DNA from: Vicinamibacteria bacterium
Lineage (GTDB): Bacteria > Acidobacteriota > Vicinamibacteria > Marinacidobacterales > Marinacidobacteraceae
Assembly (NCBI GenBank): GCA_963555995.3
Contig: OY821641.1
Span: 1,408,001-1,472,000 of the forward strand
DNA: 64,000 bases
Direction: 5' to 3'
The translations under genes and the position numbers were made by a program. Of this stretch, positions 47,872-58,487 are shown one piece after another (within the stretch, counting starts at the first letter, position 1; the number at the start of each line of letters is the position of its first letter). Under the pieces are notes generated by a model. It worked only from the letters and a program-made list of their open reading frames with translations. It was not told the DNA's origin and did not search any database.

Positions 47872-49416
47872 ATGAGGAACCTGTTGAGGGACGGGATCAT
47901 CCCCGTGCGCACCGGCCGCGCCGCGGACCGGGTCTCGTTGCCGGAGCTCTACGTCCGGTTGGCGGCGGATGAGGTGGACGCCTTTCCGGGACTTGCAGCC
48001 CACCAGTCGCCGGCGTGGTTCGAATTCCTGGCGCAGCTCGGAGCCCTCGCGGCACTCCACCGGGGCTCCGGCATCCCTCTCCACGACGCGGAAGCGTGGA
48101 GCCGGGTCCTCGCGGAACTCGCCGGCGACGCCGGTGCTTCGGCGTGGAACCTGGTCGGGGACGAGCCGGCGCAGCCGGCTTTCCTCCAGCCCCCGACGTT
48201 CCGGTTCGGCGAATACAGGCGGTTCGCAACAACCCCGGATGGCCTCGACCTTCTGGTGACCGCCAAGAACCACGACCGGAAACAGGCGCAGGCGGTCGGT
48301 GGAGACCCGCACCTCTGGCTCTACGCCCTCGTCAACCTGCAGACCCAACAGGGCTATTCGGGCCGAGGCCAGCCCGGCGTGGCCCGCATGAACGGAGGTT
48401 TCGCGAGCCGGGTGCTGGTGGACCGGCGCCCGAACGACCGTTGGGGAGCTCGGGTGGAACGCGCGATCCGGATGTTGGTCGCGCGGCGCGACGACGTGTT
48501 CCACAGCGTGGACGAAGCGGTGTACCGGGCTGAAGGCGGTTTGGCGCTCACCTGGCTCCGGGACTGGGACGAGGACCGGATGCTGACGCTTTCCGAACTG
48601 GATCCGTACTTCATCGAAGTGTGCCGCCGCGTGCGGCTCGTTCCGACCGACGAGGGCGCCGTCGAGGCCCGGGTTCGACCCGCGATGAAGCCCCGGACCG
48701 ACGCGAAGGCATTCCTCGGGAATCTCGGAGACCCGTGGGTCCCGCTGGATCTGCGCAAATCGCCGCCCACCGCCCTGACCGTGGGCGCGGGCGGCTTCGA
48801 CTATCGCCTGATGCAACGCATCCTGTTCCGTTCCGGCGAAACTCGGAAACCCTTGGCGTTCAAGGCCCTTCCGGGCGAATCCGGCAAAAACGCGGAAGTG
48901 CACTTCGCGGCCCTCGTCCGTGGGCAGGGGAAAACCGAGGGTTTCCACGAGCGCGTCATTCCCCTGCCGGCCGCGGTGGCGCTCCAGTTCGAGCGTGACG
49001 TGGACCAGGATGACGAAACGTCGCTCGAACAGCTCTCCGAACGCATGGTGGCCCACGCTGGAAGCGTGCGGAAGGTGCTGCGCCAGGCGGTGACGGTGTA
49101 CCTCCAGGGCCCGGAAAACCCGAACTTCAAGAAACCCGATGCCGCCTCCGTCGTCACCGGCTTCGACCGAAGGACCGATGAAGAGTTCTTCAAGCACCTG
49201 TTCGCGGCCCCCGAAGCGGGTTACACGCCATCCGAGCTGAAGTGGCAGCGATTCCTGAAGAACACCGCGGTCGAACTTGCCCGCGATGCCTGGAACCGGC
49301 TCTCCCCACCAAGCGCCCGTCGCGAAAAGGCGCAGTACGTCTCCGAAGTGGTGTTGTTCCGGGGCCTGCGCAAACAGCTACCGGACGCCTTCCCGAAAGC
49401 CGATCCCGCAAAGTGA
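47872..49416 (+). CDS. cas8e: Type I-E large subunit Cas8e (Cse1/CasA)
   Basis: MRNLLRDGII, HQSPAWFEFLAQL, AFLQPP, TAKNHD, ARMNGG, IEVCRRVRL, RGQGKTEG; RBS GGGGAG. Confidence 0.9.
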   Translation: MRNLLRDGIIPVRTGRAADRVSLPELYVRLAADEVDAFPGLAAHQSPAWFEFLAQLGALAALHRGSGIPLHDAEAWSRVLAELAGDAGASAWNLVGDEPAQPAFLQPPTFRFGEYRRFATTPDGLDLLVTAKNHDRKQAQAVGGDPHLWLYALVNLQTQQGYSGRGQPGVARMNGGFASRVLVDRRPNDRWGARVERAIRMLVARRDDVFHSVDEAVYRAEGGLALTWLRDWDEDRMLTLSELDPYFIEVCRRVRLVPTDEGAVEARVRPAMKPRTDAKAFLGNLGDPWVPLDLRKSPPTALTVGAGGFDYRLMQRILFRSGETRKPLAFKALPGESGKNAEVHFAALVRGQGKTEGFHERVIPLPAAVALQFERDVDQDDETSLEQLSERMVAHAGSVRKVLRQAVTVYLQGPENPNFKKPDAASVVTGFDRRTDEEFFKHLFAAPEAGYTPSELKWQRFLKNTAVELARDAWNRLSPPSARREKAQYVSEVVLFRGLRKQLPDAFPKADPAK

Positions 49417-49424
49417 GAAGAACC

Positions 49425-49970
49425 ATGGCTGAACAACAAGCAAACGGCAGCGAGCCGGTCCGTCTGGGCCAGTTGCTCGGCCGCCTGTCGCACCAACTCC
49501 ATGCCGGCCGCATCGGAGCCGGGTCGCTGGCGGAACTGCGCCGGATGACCCGCTCCAACCGGCCGCCTGCCTTCTGGAAGCTCTACCTCCAGATCGTGCC
49601 CGATGTCTGGCGGGAACCCGGGGGACGCCCGGACGTGCGCGTGGACGACGCCTGGGCCGCCATCATCCGGGGCATGGCCGAAATGGCGCCCGACGCACTG
49701 GCCTTCGGCCGGTCGTTCGGAGCCGAATTGTCCCGAGCCGGGTATTCCGAGAGCCGCTTCGTCCGCCTGCTGCGCGCAGACCACGCGGACCTCGCCCGCG
49801 AGTTTCGGGTCGCGGCCGGATGGCTCGGGGCGAAGGGAGCGAAGGCGAACCTGACACCGGTGGCCGAACTGCTTCTGGGCCGCCCCTACGTCGGTCTCGA
49901 CGTCAGGCCGGACTACGCCGCCCGCACGCTTGCCCACGACTTCTTCCGCGCCGAGACGACGCGGACCTGA
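49425..49970 (+). CDS. cas11: Type I-E small subunit Cas11 (Cse2/CasB)
   Basis: LAELRRM, PAFWKL, YSESRFVRLL; position between cas8e and cas7. Confidence 0.85.
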   Translation: MAEQQANGSEPVRLGQLLGRLSHQLHAGRIGAGSLAELRRMTRSNRPPAFWKLYLQIVPDVWREPGGRPDVRVDDAWAAIIRGMAEMAPDALAFGRSFGAELSRAGYSESRFVRLLRADHADLAREFRVAAGWLGAKGAKANLTPVAELLLGRPYVGLDVRPDYAARTLAHDFFRAETTRT

Positions 49971-49998
49971 TCCCGTTCCACTCAAGGAGGAAACATCC

Positions 49999-51180
49999 AT
50001 GACACCTCGATTCCTGCAGATCCACACCCTTACCGGTTATGCGGCAACGCTGCTGAACCGCGATGACATCGGCAAGGCGAAGCGCCTGCCCTTCGGGGGC
50101 GCGGAGCGAATCCGGGTCTCCTCGCAGTGCCTAAAGCGCCACTGGCGGGAGGCGACCGGGGAATGGTCGCTCCGTGATCTCGGCAGCGGCAAGTCGCAGC
50201 GTTCCCGCCGACTCTTCAGCCAGGTGATCGCAGAGCGGCTGCGGAAGGAGGGGATGAAGGACGACGCCATCGTGACCGTCCTGACGCCGGTCCGATCCGC
50301 CGTACTCGGCGAGAGCATCAAGGCCCGGGAAACCCGCAAGGCGCGGAAGGCAGGCGACGAGCCCGCCAATCCGCTCGACGAGCTCCGGACCGAACAGGTG
50401 ATCGTCCTGGGAGAACCGGAGATCGGGTTCCTGACGCGACTCGCGCAGGACCTGCATCGCGACAGCGCCGACGAGACCGCGAAGGCCGTGGCGAGCTATT
50501 TCAAGGACAAGGAGACCCGGGGCAACCTCGCCGCCCTCCGGCAGGAGGTCGGGATGGGCATTGACGCCGCCCTCTTCGGACGGATGGTCACCTCCGACGT
50601 GATGGCCCGATCCGATGCGGCCGTCCACGTTTCCCACAGCTTCACGGTGCACCGGGAGAACGCGGAACCGGACTATTTCTCCGCGCTCGACGACCTCGTG
50701 ACGGAGGAAGGAGAACTCGGATCGGGGCACATCAACACCAGCGAGCTGACGAGCGGACTCTTCTACTCGTACGTGGTGGTGGATCTCCCGCATCTGACTT
50801 CCAACCTCTCCGGCGATGCCGAACTCGCCGCGAACGTGCTGCGCCGCCTGCTCCACCTGATCGCGACCGTTTCCCCGGGGGCCAAGCGGGGAGCCACCGC
50901 ACCGTACGCGTGCGCCGAGCTCATGGTCGCGGAGATCGGTTCCCGGCAGCCGCGAACCCTGGCGAACGCGTTCATGAAGCCGGTCCCGCAGGGAAAGGCG
51001 GATGTCAAGGCGGACGCCGCCCGGGCGCTGGATGGCTACCTGGAGCGCTACGACGCGATGTACGGCGCCCACGAAGAGCGGCGTTTCGCGACCATGATCG
51101 AACCCGGTCCCGCCCATTCCGGCGAACGGGTGAATCTGGCCGCGCTGGCGGACTGGGCGGCGGCCCGGGTCGCGGAGTAG
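49999..51180 (+). CDS. cas7: Type I-E Cas7 (Cse4/CasC)
   Basis: FLQIHTL, LLNRDD, RVSSQCLKRHWR, ALFGRM, DYFSALDDL; RBS AAGGAGG. Confidence 0.96.
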   Translation: MTPRFLQIHTLTGYAATLLNRDDIGKAKRLPFGGAERIRVSSQCLKRHWREATGEWSLRDLGSGKSQRSRRLFSQVIAERLRKEGMKDDAIVTVLTPVRSAVLGESIKARETRKARKAGDEPANPLDELRTEQVIVLGEPEIGFLTRLAQDLHRDSADETAKAVASYFKDKETRGNLAALRQEVGMGIDAALFGRMVTSDVMARSDAAVHVSHSFTVHRENAEPDYFSALDDLVTEEGELGSGHINTSELTSGLFYSYVVVDLPHLTSNLSGDAELAANVLRRLLHLIATVSPGAKRGATAPYACAELMVAEIGSRQPRTLANAFMKPVPQGKADVKADAARALDGYLERYDAMYGAHEERRFATMIEPGPAHSGERVNLAALADWAAARVAE

Positions 51181-51184
51181 CGGC

Positions 51185-51964
51185 GTGGACGTCCTGCTGC
51201 TCAGCCTGCAGGCGCCGCTGATGAGCTTCGGCGGCCCGCAGGTGGACCAGGTCGGGCCGACCGGGCGGTTCCCCACGGTCAGCCAGATGGCCGGGCTCTT
51301 CGCGAATGCCCTTGGATATACACACGCCGACCATCGGCGCTTGCAGGTCCTCCAGGACCGCATTGCGCTGGCCGCCGCACTGGTCCGCGAGGGAGAGGAA
51401 CGGGAGGACTACCAGACGGTGGACCTCGGACAGCCGCATTTGGCGAAACCCTCCTGGACGACGCACGGTCGGCGCGAACACCGGGCCGGCGGTCCCGACG
51501 CCAGACTTGGGACGCACATCCGCTTCCGCCGTTACCGCGCCGATGCGCGGGTGCTCGCGGCGGTTGCGCTCGATCCTCCCGAGCCCGGGCCGGGTGTGGA
51601 AGAGATCGCGGCGGCGCTCGACAATCCCTGCCGCCCGCTCTTTCTGGGGCGCAAGAACTGCCTTCCGGCCGATCGCCTGGTTTTCGGCCTCTGCTCCGGC
51701 GTCCCGAATCTGACCGACGCGATTTCCCGAGCGCGCCGGAACTTCCCTGATCGTTGGACCGCCGCGTTCGGAGCGCCGGCGATCACCGAGGTCACCGCCG
51801 AGTGGCCCATCACGGAGCAGGATGTCGCGGTGGGGAGCCGGTCGGAAACGCATCGCGTCGTGGACCGGCGAGACTGGCGCAACCAGCTTCACGGCGGCGA
51901 GCGGGTGGTGGGACGCGGCGCGCTGCCGCTGGACGAGGCCGAACCCTCAGGAGGACCGGCATGA
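51185..51964 (+). CDS. cas5: Type I-E Cas5 (CasD)
   Basis: LQAPLMSFG, FPTVSQMAGLFANALG, DYQTV, PLFLGRKNC. Confidence 0.95.
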   Translation: MDVLLLSLQAPLMSFGGPQVDQVGPTGRFPTVSQMAGLFANALGYTHADHRRLQVLQDRIALAAALVREGEEREDYQTVDLGQPHLAKPSWTTHGRREHRAGGPDARLGTHIRFRRYRADARVLAAVALDPPEPGPGVEEIAAALDNPCRPLFLGRKNCLPADRLVFGLCSGVPNLTDAISRARRNFPDRWTAAFGAPAITEVTAEWPITEQDVAVGSRSETHRVVDRRDWRNQLHGGERVVGRGALPLDEAEPSGGPA

Positions 51965-52827
51965 CCCAGGTGTATCTCGTTCAAACTTCGTTGCGTCTTC
52001 GGTCGTTCACGAAGTGGGCGCTGGAGAGGCGCTTTCTCAGCGTGCCTCCCGGCGACGGCCGCGGGCGTCCTCGGGAACCCGATCTCGGGTATGCGCTGCA
52101 TGCCGCACTCACCGGCCTGTTCGGAGAGCAGGCGCCGAGACCGTTCACTCTTCTCCCGGAGGGAGGCGAGCGTCATGGTTGGTGCCTCGGGGGGCGCGAC
52201 AGGGACGTCGTTCCGGTACTCGGCTACGCCAAGGTGGATCAGGAGCAACTCGCGGGCCTGGCAGGACTGGCCCGTGAGGATTTCCGGGAGATCTTCGATT
52301 GCGACGCGCTGCGGGTGAAACCCCTCCCGGCGACCTGGCCGGACGGGATGCGACTCGGATTCGAGTTGCGCGCGTGCCCGGTACGGCGACGGCTGGCAAA
52401 GCGTCCGTTCACCACGAACACGTCCGGTCCGGCCCACAGGCAGGTGCTGTACTCGCAGCGCGGCCGGGAAGTGGACGCCTACCAGTTGGCGACGGCCCGG
52501 GCCGCGGAGCGCGGAGATCCGGTCCCGCGGCGTGACGAGGTGTACGCGGCCTGGCTCGGCGAGCGGTTCGCGGGATCACCGGATCGCCCTCGGGCGTTTT
52601 CTCTCGTGTCCGGGTCACTGCGGGTGCAATCCTTTCGCTCGACCCGTCTGCTCCGGCGGCCACATGACGGTAACGGGCGCTCCGCGCGCTGGCTGACGCG
52701 GCCCGAGGTCTGGTTTTCGGGCCAGATCGAAGTCGCAGCCGGCGGCAGAGTGGCGGAGTCGCTCCTGACCGGTGTCGGCCGGCACAGCGGTTTCGGATTC
52801 GGGATGTTGCTCCTCCGCCCCGCCTGA
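51961..52827 (+). CDS. cas6e: Type I-E Cas6e (Cse3/CasE)
   Basis: DLGYALH, LGFELRACPV, Gly-rich GVGRHSGFGFGML. Confidence 0.93.
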   Translation: MTQVYLVQTSLRLRSFTKWALERRFLSVPPGDGRGRPREPDLGYALHAALTGLFGEQAPRPFTLLPEGGERHGWCLGGRDRDVVPVLGYAKVDQEQLAGLAGLAREDFREIFDCDALRVKPLPATWPDGMRLGFELRACPVRRRLAKRPFTTNTSGPAHRQVLYSQRGREVDAYQLATARAAERGDPVPRRDEVYAAWLGERFAGSPDRPRAFSLVSGSLRVQSFRSTRLLRRPHDGNGRSARWLTRPEVWFSGQIEVAAGGRVAESLLTGVGRHSGFGFGMLLLRPA

Positions 52828-52851
52828 CGGGGCGCCGGGATTCCGCGCGCG

Positions 52852-53736
52852 GTGGTGCTCGAAGGCCGGCTCGGGCTGGATACGGCCCGGATTCCCCATG
52901 CGGACCGGCACGGCCTGATGTGGCTGTCGCGAGGCAACCTCTGGGTGGAGGCCGGGACGTTGAGGTTCCGCGCGGCGAAAGGCCCGATCCTGGAGGCGGG
53001 CGACTACGCAATTCCGTTCCAGATGGTTTCGGTGCTGCTCCTCGGGCCGGGCAGCACCGTGAGTCACGATGCCTTGCGACTGTGCGCCCGCCACGGCACC
53101 GGAATCATCGCGGTGGGAGATGACGGCGTTCGCGCGTACACCGCTCCGCCCTTCGGCCCCGACGAGTCCGCGATCGCGCGGAAGCAGGTACGCCTCTGGT
53201 CCGACGAGGACAACCGGATCCGGACCGCCCGACGCATGTACGCCTGGCGCCTGGGAGAAGTGCTGCCGCACCGGGATCTGAACGCCCTGCGAGGCATCGA
53301 GGGCGCACGGATGCGGGCTCTCTACAAAACCGTGGCGATGCAGCACGGCATCCGGTGGGAAGGCCGCCGCTACAAACGCGATGTCCCGGACTGGGCGGAC
53401 CTGCCGAACCAGGCGATCAACCACGCCGCCACCGCCGTGGAGGCGGCAGCGACGATTGCGGTGGCGAGCCTCGGGGCGCTGCCACAGTTGGGCTTCATCC
53501 ACGAGGACTCCGGGATCGCGTTCGTTCTCGACGTCGCCGACCTGTATCGCGGCGAAGTGACTCTGCCGGTGGCCTTTGCAGCGGTGAAGGAATACGAGCG
53601 GAATCCGAAGATCGAACTGGAGCGGGTCGTGCGCAAGCGGGCGGGCAAGGAAATGCGCCGACGGAAACTCATCCCTCACATGATCGACAGGATCAAGGAG
53701 CTCTTCGATGGCGATGTGCGTGATCGTGACCCGTGA
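52852..53736 (+). CDS. cas1: Type I-E Cas1
   Basis: GRLGL..ARIPHADRHG, LLGPGSTVSHDA, LRGIEGAR, LGFIH, FVLDVADL. Confidence 0.97.
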   Translation: MVLEGRLGLDTARIPHADRHGLMWLSRGNLWVEAGTLRFRAAKGPILEAGDYAIPFQMVSVLLLGPGSTVSHDALRLCARHGTGIIAVGDDGVRAYTAPPFGPDESAIARKQVRLWSDEDNRIRTARRMYAWRLGEVLPHRDLNALRGIEGARMRALYKTVAMQHGIRWEGRRYKRDVPDWADLPNQAINHAATAVEAAATIAVASLGALPQLGFIHEDSGIAFVLDVADLYRGEVTLPVAFAAVKEYERNPKIELERVVRKRAGKEMRRRKLIPHMIDRIKELFDGDVRDRDP

Positions 53737-54067
53737 CGTGCCGGCGCGTTTCCGCGGGTTCTTGGCGTCCTGCATGTTGGAGATAGCTCCGGGGGTCTAT
53801 ACGCAGCCCGACATGTCGGCGGCGGTGCGCGAACGGGTCTGGAAGGTTCTGCGGGACTGGTGGATTCACTACACGCAGGGCTCCGTGGTGATGACCTGGG
53901 CCAGTCCGGCGGCGGATGAGCGCCAGCAGGTGCTGACCCTCGGGGAGCCCGCCAAGGAACTGATCGAATACGAAGGCATGTACGTGGTTCGGCGGGAGGA
54001 AAGCGAGCAGACCCCGGAATCTGGGCGAGAGTCAACTCGGTACGGTCCAAGAAGGCAGAACCGTTAG
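53708..54067 (+). CDS. cas2: Type I-E Cas2 (no DnaQ fusion)
   Basis: VIVTRDVPARFRGFLASCMLEIAPGVY, AVRERVW. Confidence 0.95.
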   Translation: MAMCVIVTRDVPARFRGFLASCMLEIAPGVYTQPDMSAAVRERVWKVLRDWWIHYTQGSVVMTWASPAADERQQVLTLGEPAKELIEYEGMYVVRREESEQTPESGRESTRYGPRRQNR

Positions 54068-54146
54068 CCGCCCACCGGTTCACCGAACCCCGGCCCGCGT
54101 TCCGGGCCTGTAGGGTTCGGTTTGTGAATTTTCAGAGACAATTAGG
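54068..54146 (+). promoter_or_regulatory. CRISPR leader (79 nt)
   Basis: Lies between the cas2 stop and repeat 1; hairpin at 54082-54121 followed by an AT-rich tract. Confidence 0.7.
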
Positions 54147-57100
54147 GCTTCCCCCGCACACGCGGGGATGGACCTCAACCAGGTCCACGCCGACCACCGT
54201 CCGAAAGGCTTCCCCCGCACACGCGGGGATGGACCGCAGGTCGGCGGCTCGTTCGTCCAGGTTCGACCGCTTCCCCCGCACACGCGGGGATGGACCCTCC
54301 TCCGCCGAGCCCGACTCCCGGACGAGCTGGCTTCCCCCGCACACGCGGGGATGGACCCCTCGAGACCCGCATCTATCCGATCACGATCGAGCTTCCCCCG
54401 CACACGCGGGGATGGACCCGCGCCGACGGGCTCCGCCGCACGAGCCCCGCCGCTTCCCCCGCACACGCGGGGATGGACCGAGCGCCGTCGCCGCCCAGGT
54501 GGCCGCCGGACTGCTTCCCCCGCACACGCGGGGATGGACCGCAGGCCGGCCTCCTGGCGGAGCTGAACATCGAGCTTCCCCCGCACACGCGGGGATGGAC
54601 CCGTAACCCCGGCCCCCCTGACAATTCCCTTTAGGCTTCCCCCGCACACGCGGGGATGGACCCGAGTCAGTAGCGATGATGAAGCCGGCCGTACGGCTTC
54701 CCCCGCACACGCGGGGATGGACCCATGCTCCGCAGTGCCAAACAGAAACGACCGCGGCTTCCCCCGCACACGCGGGGATGGACCGCGTGAGACCAGCTCT
54801 GGCCGAATACCCGCGCTGCTTCCCCCGCACACGCGGGGATGGACCCGTCATCGAGAGGCGTCGAGAGCGGGATCCGGTGCTTCCCCCGCACACGCGGGGA
54901 TGGACCGATCGCCTCCCAGGCCTGCTGGGTGAGGATGAAGCTTCCCCCGCACACGCGGGGATGGACCCCACCAGGAGCTGTCCCGCCATGCGATGTTCCA
55001 GCTTCCCCCGCACACGCGGGGATGGACCTTATGGGCGCTCCCGGATTTTTGGACCGATCGTGCTTCCCCCGCACACGCGGGGATGGACCGCCTGGGCGGG
55101 GACGATCCTCCCGATTGACGACGCTTCCCCCGCACACGCGGGGATGGACCCTGAACCGGGTGCTCGACCTGCTGGACTCGAAGGCTTCCCCCGCACACGC
55201 GGGGATGGACCCTGGGCGAGCTCGCGCCAGAGCGCGCCCCCGGCGCTTCCCCCGCACACGCGGGGATGGACCGTTCCCGTTCCGGACGTAGATGTCCACG
55301 ATGAAGCTTCCCCCGCACACGCGGGGATGGACCCCACCGCGAGGCGCGCGCCCGGCGCGATGTAGAGCTTCCCCCGCACACGCGGGGATGGACCGTCGTT
55401 TCACACGGCGCTGTTGCAGGCCTCCTCGCTTCCCCCGCACACGCGGGGATGGACCCGCGACCTGGACGTTCGCCAGGACGGGCCGGCCGCTTCCCCCGCA
55501 CACGCGGGGATGGACCGTCCACGAGCTCCACCGCTCGACCGGCCTTCCTGCTTCCCCCGCACACGCGGGGATGGACCGCAGCAACACGGCCCGAAGTAAT
55601 ACCAGCCTGGGCTTCCCCCGCACACGCGGGGATGGACCCAGCGCCGCCAGCATCAGCCCCGTGTCGAGCGCGCTTCCCCCGCACACGCGGGGATGGACCG
55701 TCGACGGGCGATCAGTACCCCCCCGATGCCGAGCTTCCCCCGCACACGCGGGGATGGACCGCCCGCCGACCACCTGGCGCCGGCTCCGATACAGCTTCCC
55801 CCGCACACGCGGGGATGGACCTCGCGGAGGTTGATGCCCTGGGCGGGCTGGGAGGCTTCCCCCGCACACGCGGGGATGGACCCCATGTATTGGGCGGATC
55901 GGTCGGCGCATAGGCGCTTCCCCCGCACACGCGGGGATGGACCCTCGACCTCCCCGTAATCCGCGAGCGCATCATCGCTTCCCCCGCACACGCGGGGATG
56001 GACCCACGTCGATCTCATCCGCGCCATCCGTTGCCGGGCTTCCCCCGCACACGCGGGGATGGACCGCCCAAGATCAACCCCAGAATTAAGCAGGTTCTGC
56101 TTCCCCCGCACACGCGGGGATGGACCCTAGCCACCGGCTACCCACCTAACCCGGCGAGCGCTTCCCCCGCACACGCGGGGATGGACCTCAGCCTGATTCC
56201 GCGAGCATACGGGGTAGCTCGCTTCCCCCGCACACGCGGGGATGGACCCATCCGATACAGGTCGAGCGGCCGGTCCGCCGCGCTTCCCCCGCACACGCGG
56301 GGATGGACCGGTCTCGCGCCGCAGCCGCCGCCGCTCCTGGAGGCTTCCCCCGCACACGCGGGGATGGACCCTGGGCTCCAAGGTCAACGAGCTCTACCGG
56401 CGGGCTTCCCCCGCACACGCGGGGATGGACCGGCACCCGGCCATTGCGGTCGCCATCAGGATTTGCTTCCCCCGCACACGCGGGGATGGACCCGTGGCCT
56501 CGTCCAGGAACCGGAGCCCGCGATCGCTTCCCCCGCACACGCGGGGATGGACCCGCCTTGATCTCATCCCCCCATAGCACCCACGCGCTTCCCCCGCACA
56601 CGCGGGGATGGACCGCAGCGTGTCGTCGACCATGACGCCCGTTTTCGGCTTCCCCCGCACACGCGGGGATGGACCCCCCGCCAGCTCCTGGGCGGACGAA
56701 CTGTGGACGCTTCCCCCGCACACGCGGGGATGGACCCCCGTCGCGGCATTGGCTCCTGTTGGCAATCCTGCTTCCCCCGCACACGCGGGGATGGACCGGT
56801 TTCGTCCTCGTTGGCGTTGACCGAAGGGAGGCTTCCCCCGCACACGCGGGGATGGACCCCGGGCGCCCGGGCCGCCCACCGAATACTCGATGCTTCCCCC
56901 GCACACGCGGGGATGGACCTGAGGGTGGCGCCGGCGCCGGCGGCCTTGCGCAGCTTCCCCCGCACACGCGGGGATGGACCCTACCGGAACCTGGTCGCCG
57001 GCGCCGCGGAGGCGCTTCCCCCGCACACGCGGGGATGGATCCTCAGGGGGTGCGCCCAGTGATCGGGCAGCTCAGCTTCCCCCGCACACGCGGGGATGGA

Positions 57101-58199
57101 CCTCCGCCTTCATGCTCCAGGACGTGAGCGATAGCGCTTCCCCCGCACACGCGGGGATGGACCTGAGCCCCATGTTCACGACCTACGCCCTGGCCGGCTT
57201 CCCCCGCACACGCGGGGATGGACCTGAGCCCCATGTTCACGACCTACGCCCTGGCCGGCTTCCCCCGCACACGCGGGGATGGACCCCTCACTGCCGGCCA
57301 GATGTCGCTCCCGAATCCGCTTCCCCCGCACACGCGGGGATGGACCCGAAGCTGTGGGCGTGTTGTCGGTTCCGTACGAGCTTCCCCCGCACACGCGGGG
57401 ATGGACCCTTCGGGGCGACGATGGAATAGTTAGCCGCCGCGCTTCCCCCGCACACGCGGGGATGGACCCACCTCCGGGAGACCCGCAACGATGCGGCCAC
57501 CGCTTCCCCCGCACACGCGGGGATGGACCCCACCGGGGTAGCGTGCCGCCAGCTCGGGCGCGGCTTCCCCCGCACACGCGGGGATGGACCCAAGTTCTCA
57601 TGGATCGGATCGGCTACGCGGTGGCTTCCCCCGCACACGCGGGGATGGACCGCTGCCCGGGTCGTGATCCGGGTCACCGCCGAGGCTTCCCCCGCACACG
57701 CGGGGATGGACCCATCCTCGTCTGCTCATCGCAGGCGCTGGAACGGCTTCCCCCGCACACGCGGGGATGGACCGTACATGGCCGAAGCGCGGAAGGATCT
57801 CGGCGGGCTTCCCCCGCACACGCGGGGATGGACCGCAGACAGGACCGTAGCGGGAGCCGTCGACGTCGCTTCCCCCGCACACGCGGGGATGGACCGCTGG
57901 AACGGTGCGCCCTGGCGGACGAGTTCGCGCTTCCCCCGCACACGCGGGGATGGACCCGGATTACCGATCCGGACCAGTGGATATACGGAGCTTCCCCCGC
58001 ACACGCGGGGATGGACCCCCTCCGGGCAGGCGGATCTGTCCGCCGCCCTGGCTTCCCCCGCACAAGCGGGGATGGACCGAGCGCCTCCAGCCGCAGGGTG
58101 CGGCCTTCCAGGCTTCCCCCGCACACGCGGGGATGGACCCCGGATCGGGAGCGTCGTGGTCTGGCTCGGATCGCTTCCCCGCACACGCGGGGATGGACC
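54147..58199 (+). CRISPR. Type I-E CRISPR array, 67 repeats and 66 spacers
   Basis: 28-nt repeat GCTTCCCCCGCACACGCGGGGATGGACC with a 61-nt period (33-nt spacers). Variant repeats at 57014, 58051 and 58173 (one C deleted) lie at the leader-distal end. Confidence 0.99.
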
Positions 58200-58217
58200 C
58201 GATGCTCCGTCCTCGGG

Positions 58218-58487
58218 TGTCAATGGGCGCCGAAAATGTCCCACTTTTGGGCTTCGAAAATGTCCCACTTTTCTGGTGGGCTGGGGGTTGTGGAACGGGT
58301 CCGATGAGGGGAGTTCTGGCCGGGCGTCCGCCGCGGATCTCCGCTCACTCCGCTCCCGATGCTGACTCGCTCCGCGGCAACCCCGCTGAACCCCTCCCCC
58401 TGAACTCCCCCCAAAACTCCGTCTCCAACCCAAAAGGTGTCAAGTTTTCAGATCCCATTTCTGTCCACTTTTCTAATCCCATTGACA
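58218..58487. mobile_element. Non-autonomous IS21-family miniature element (MITE), 270 bp
   Basis: Termini TGTCAATGGG...CCCATTGACA; subterminal repeat CGAAAATGTCCCACTTTT x2 on the left and related repeats on the right; no transposase. Confidence 0.85.

Noticed and set aside
54175-58217. Self-targeting spacers within the window
   Set aside because: None noticed by eye. The check was not exhaustive and needs a computational alignment.
54080-58433. Dozens of ORFs with periodic motifs (PPHTRGW, ASPAHAGMD, FPRTRGDG)
   Set aside because: Translations of the CRISPR repeats, not proteins.
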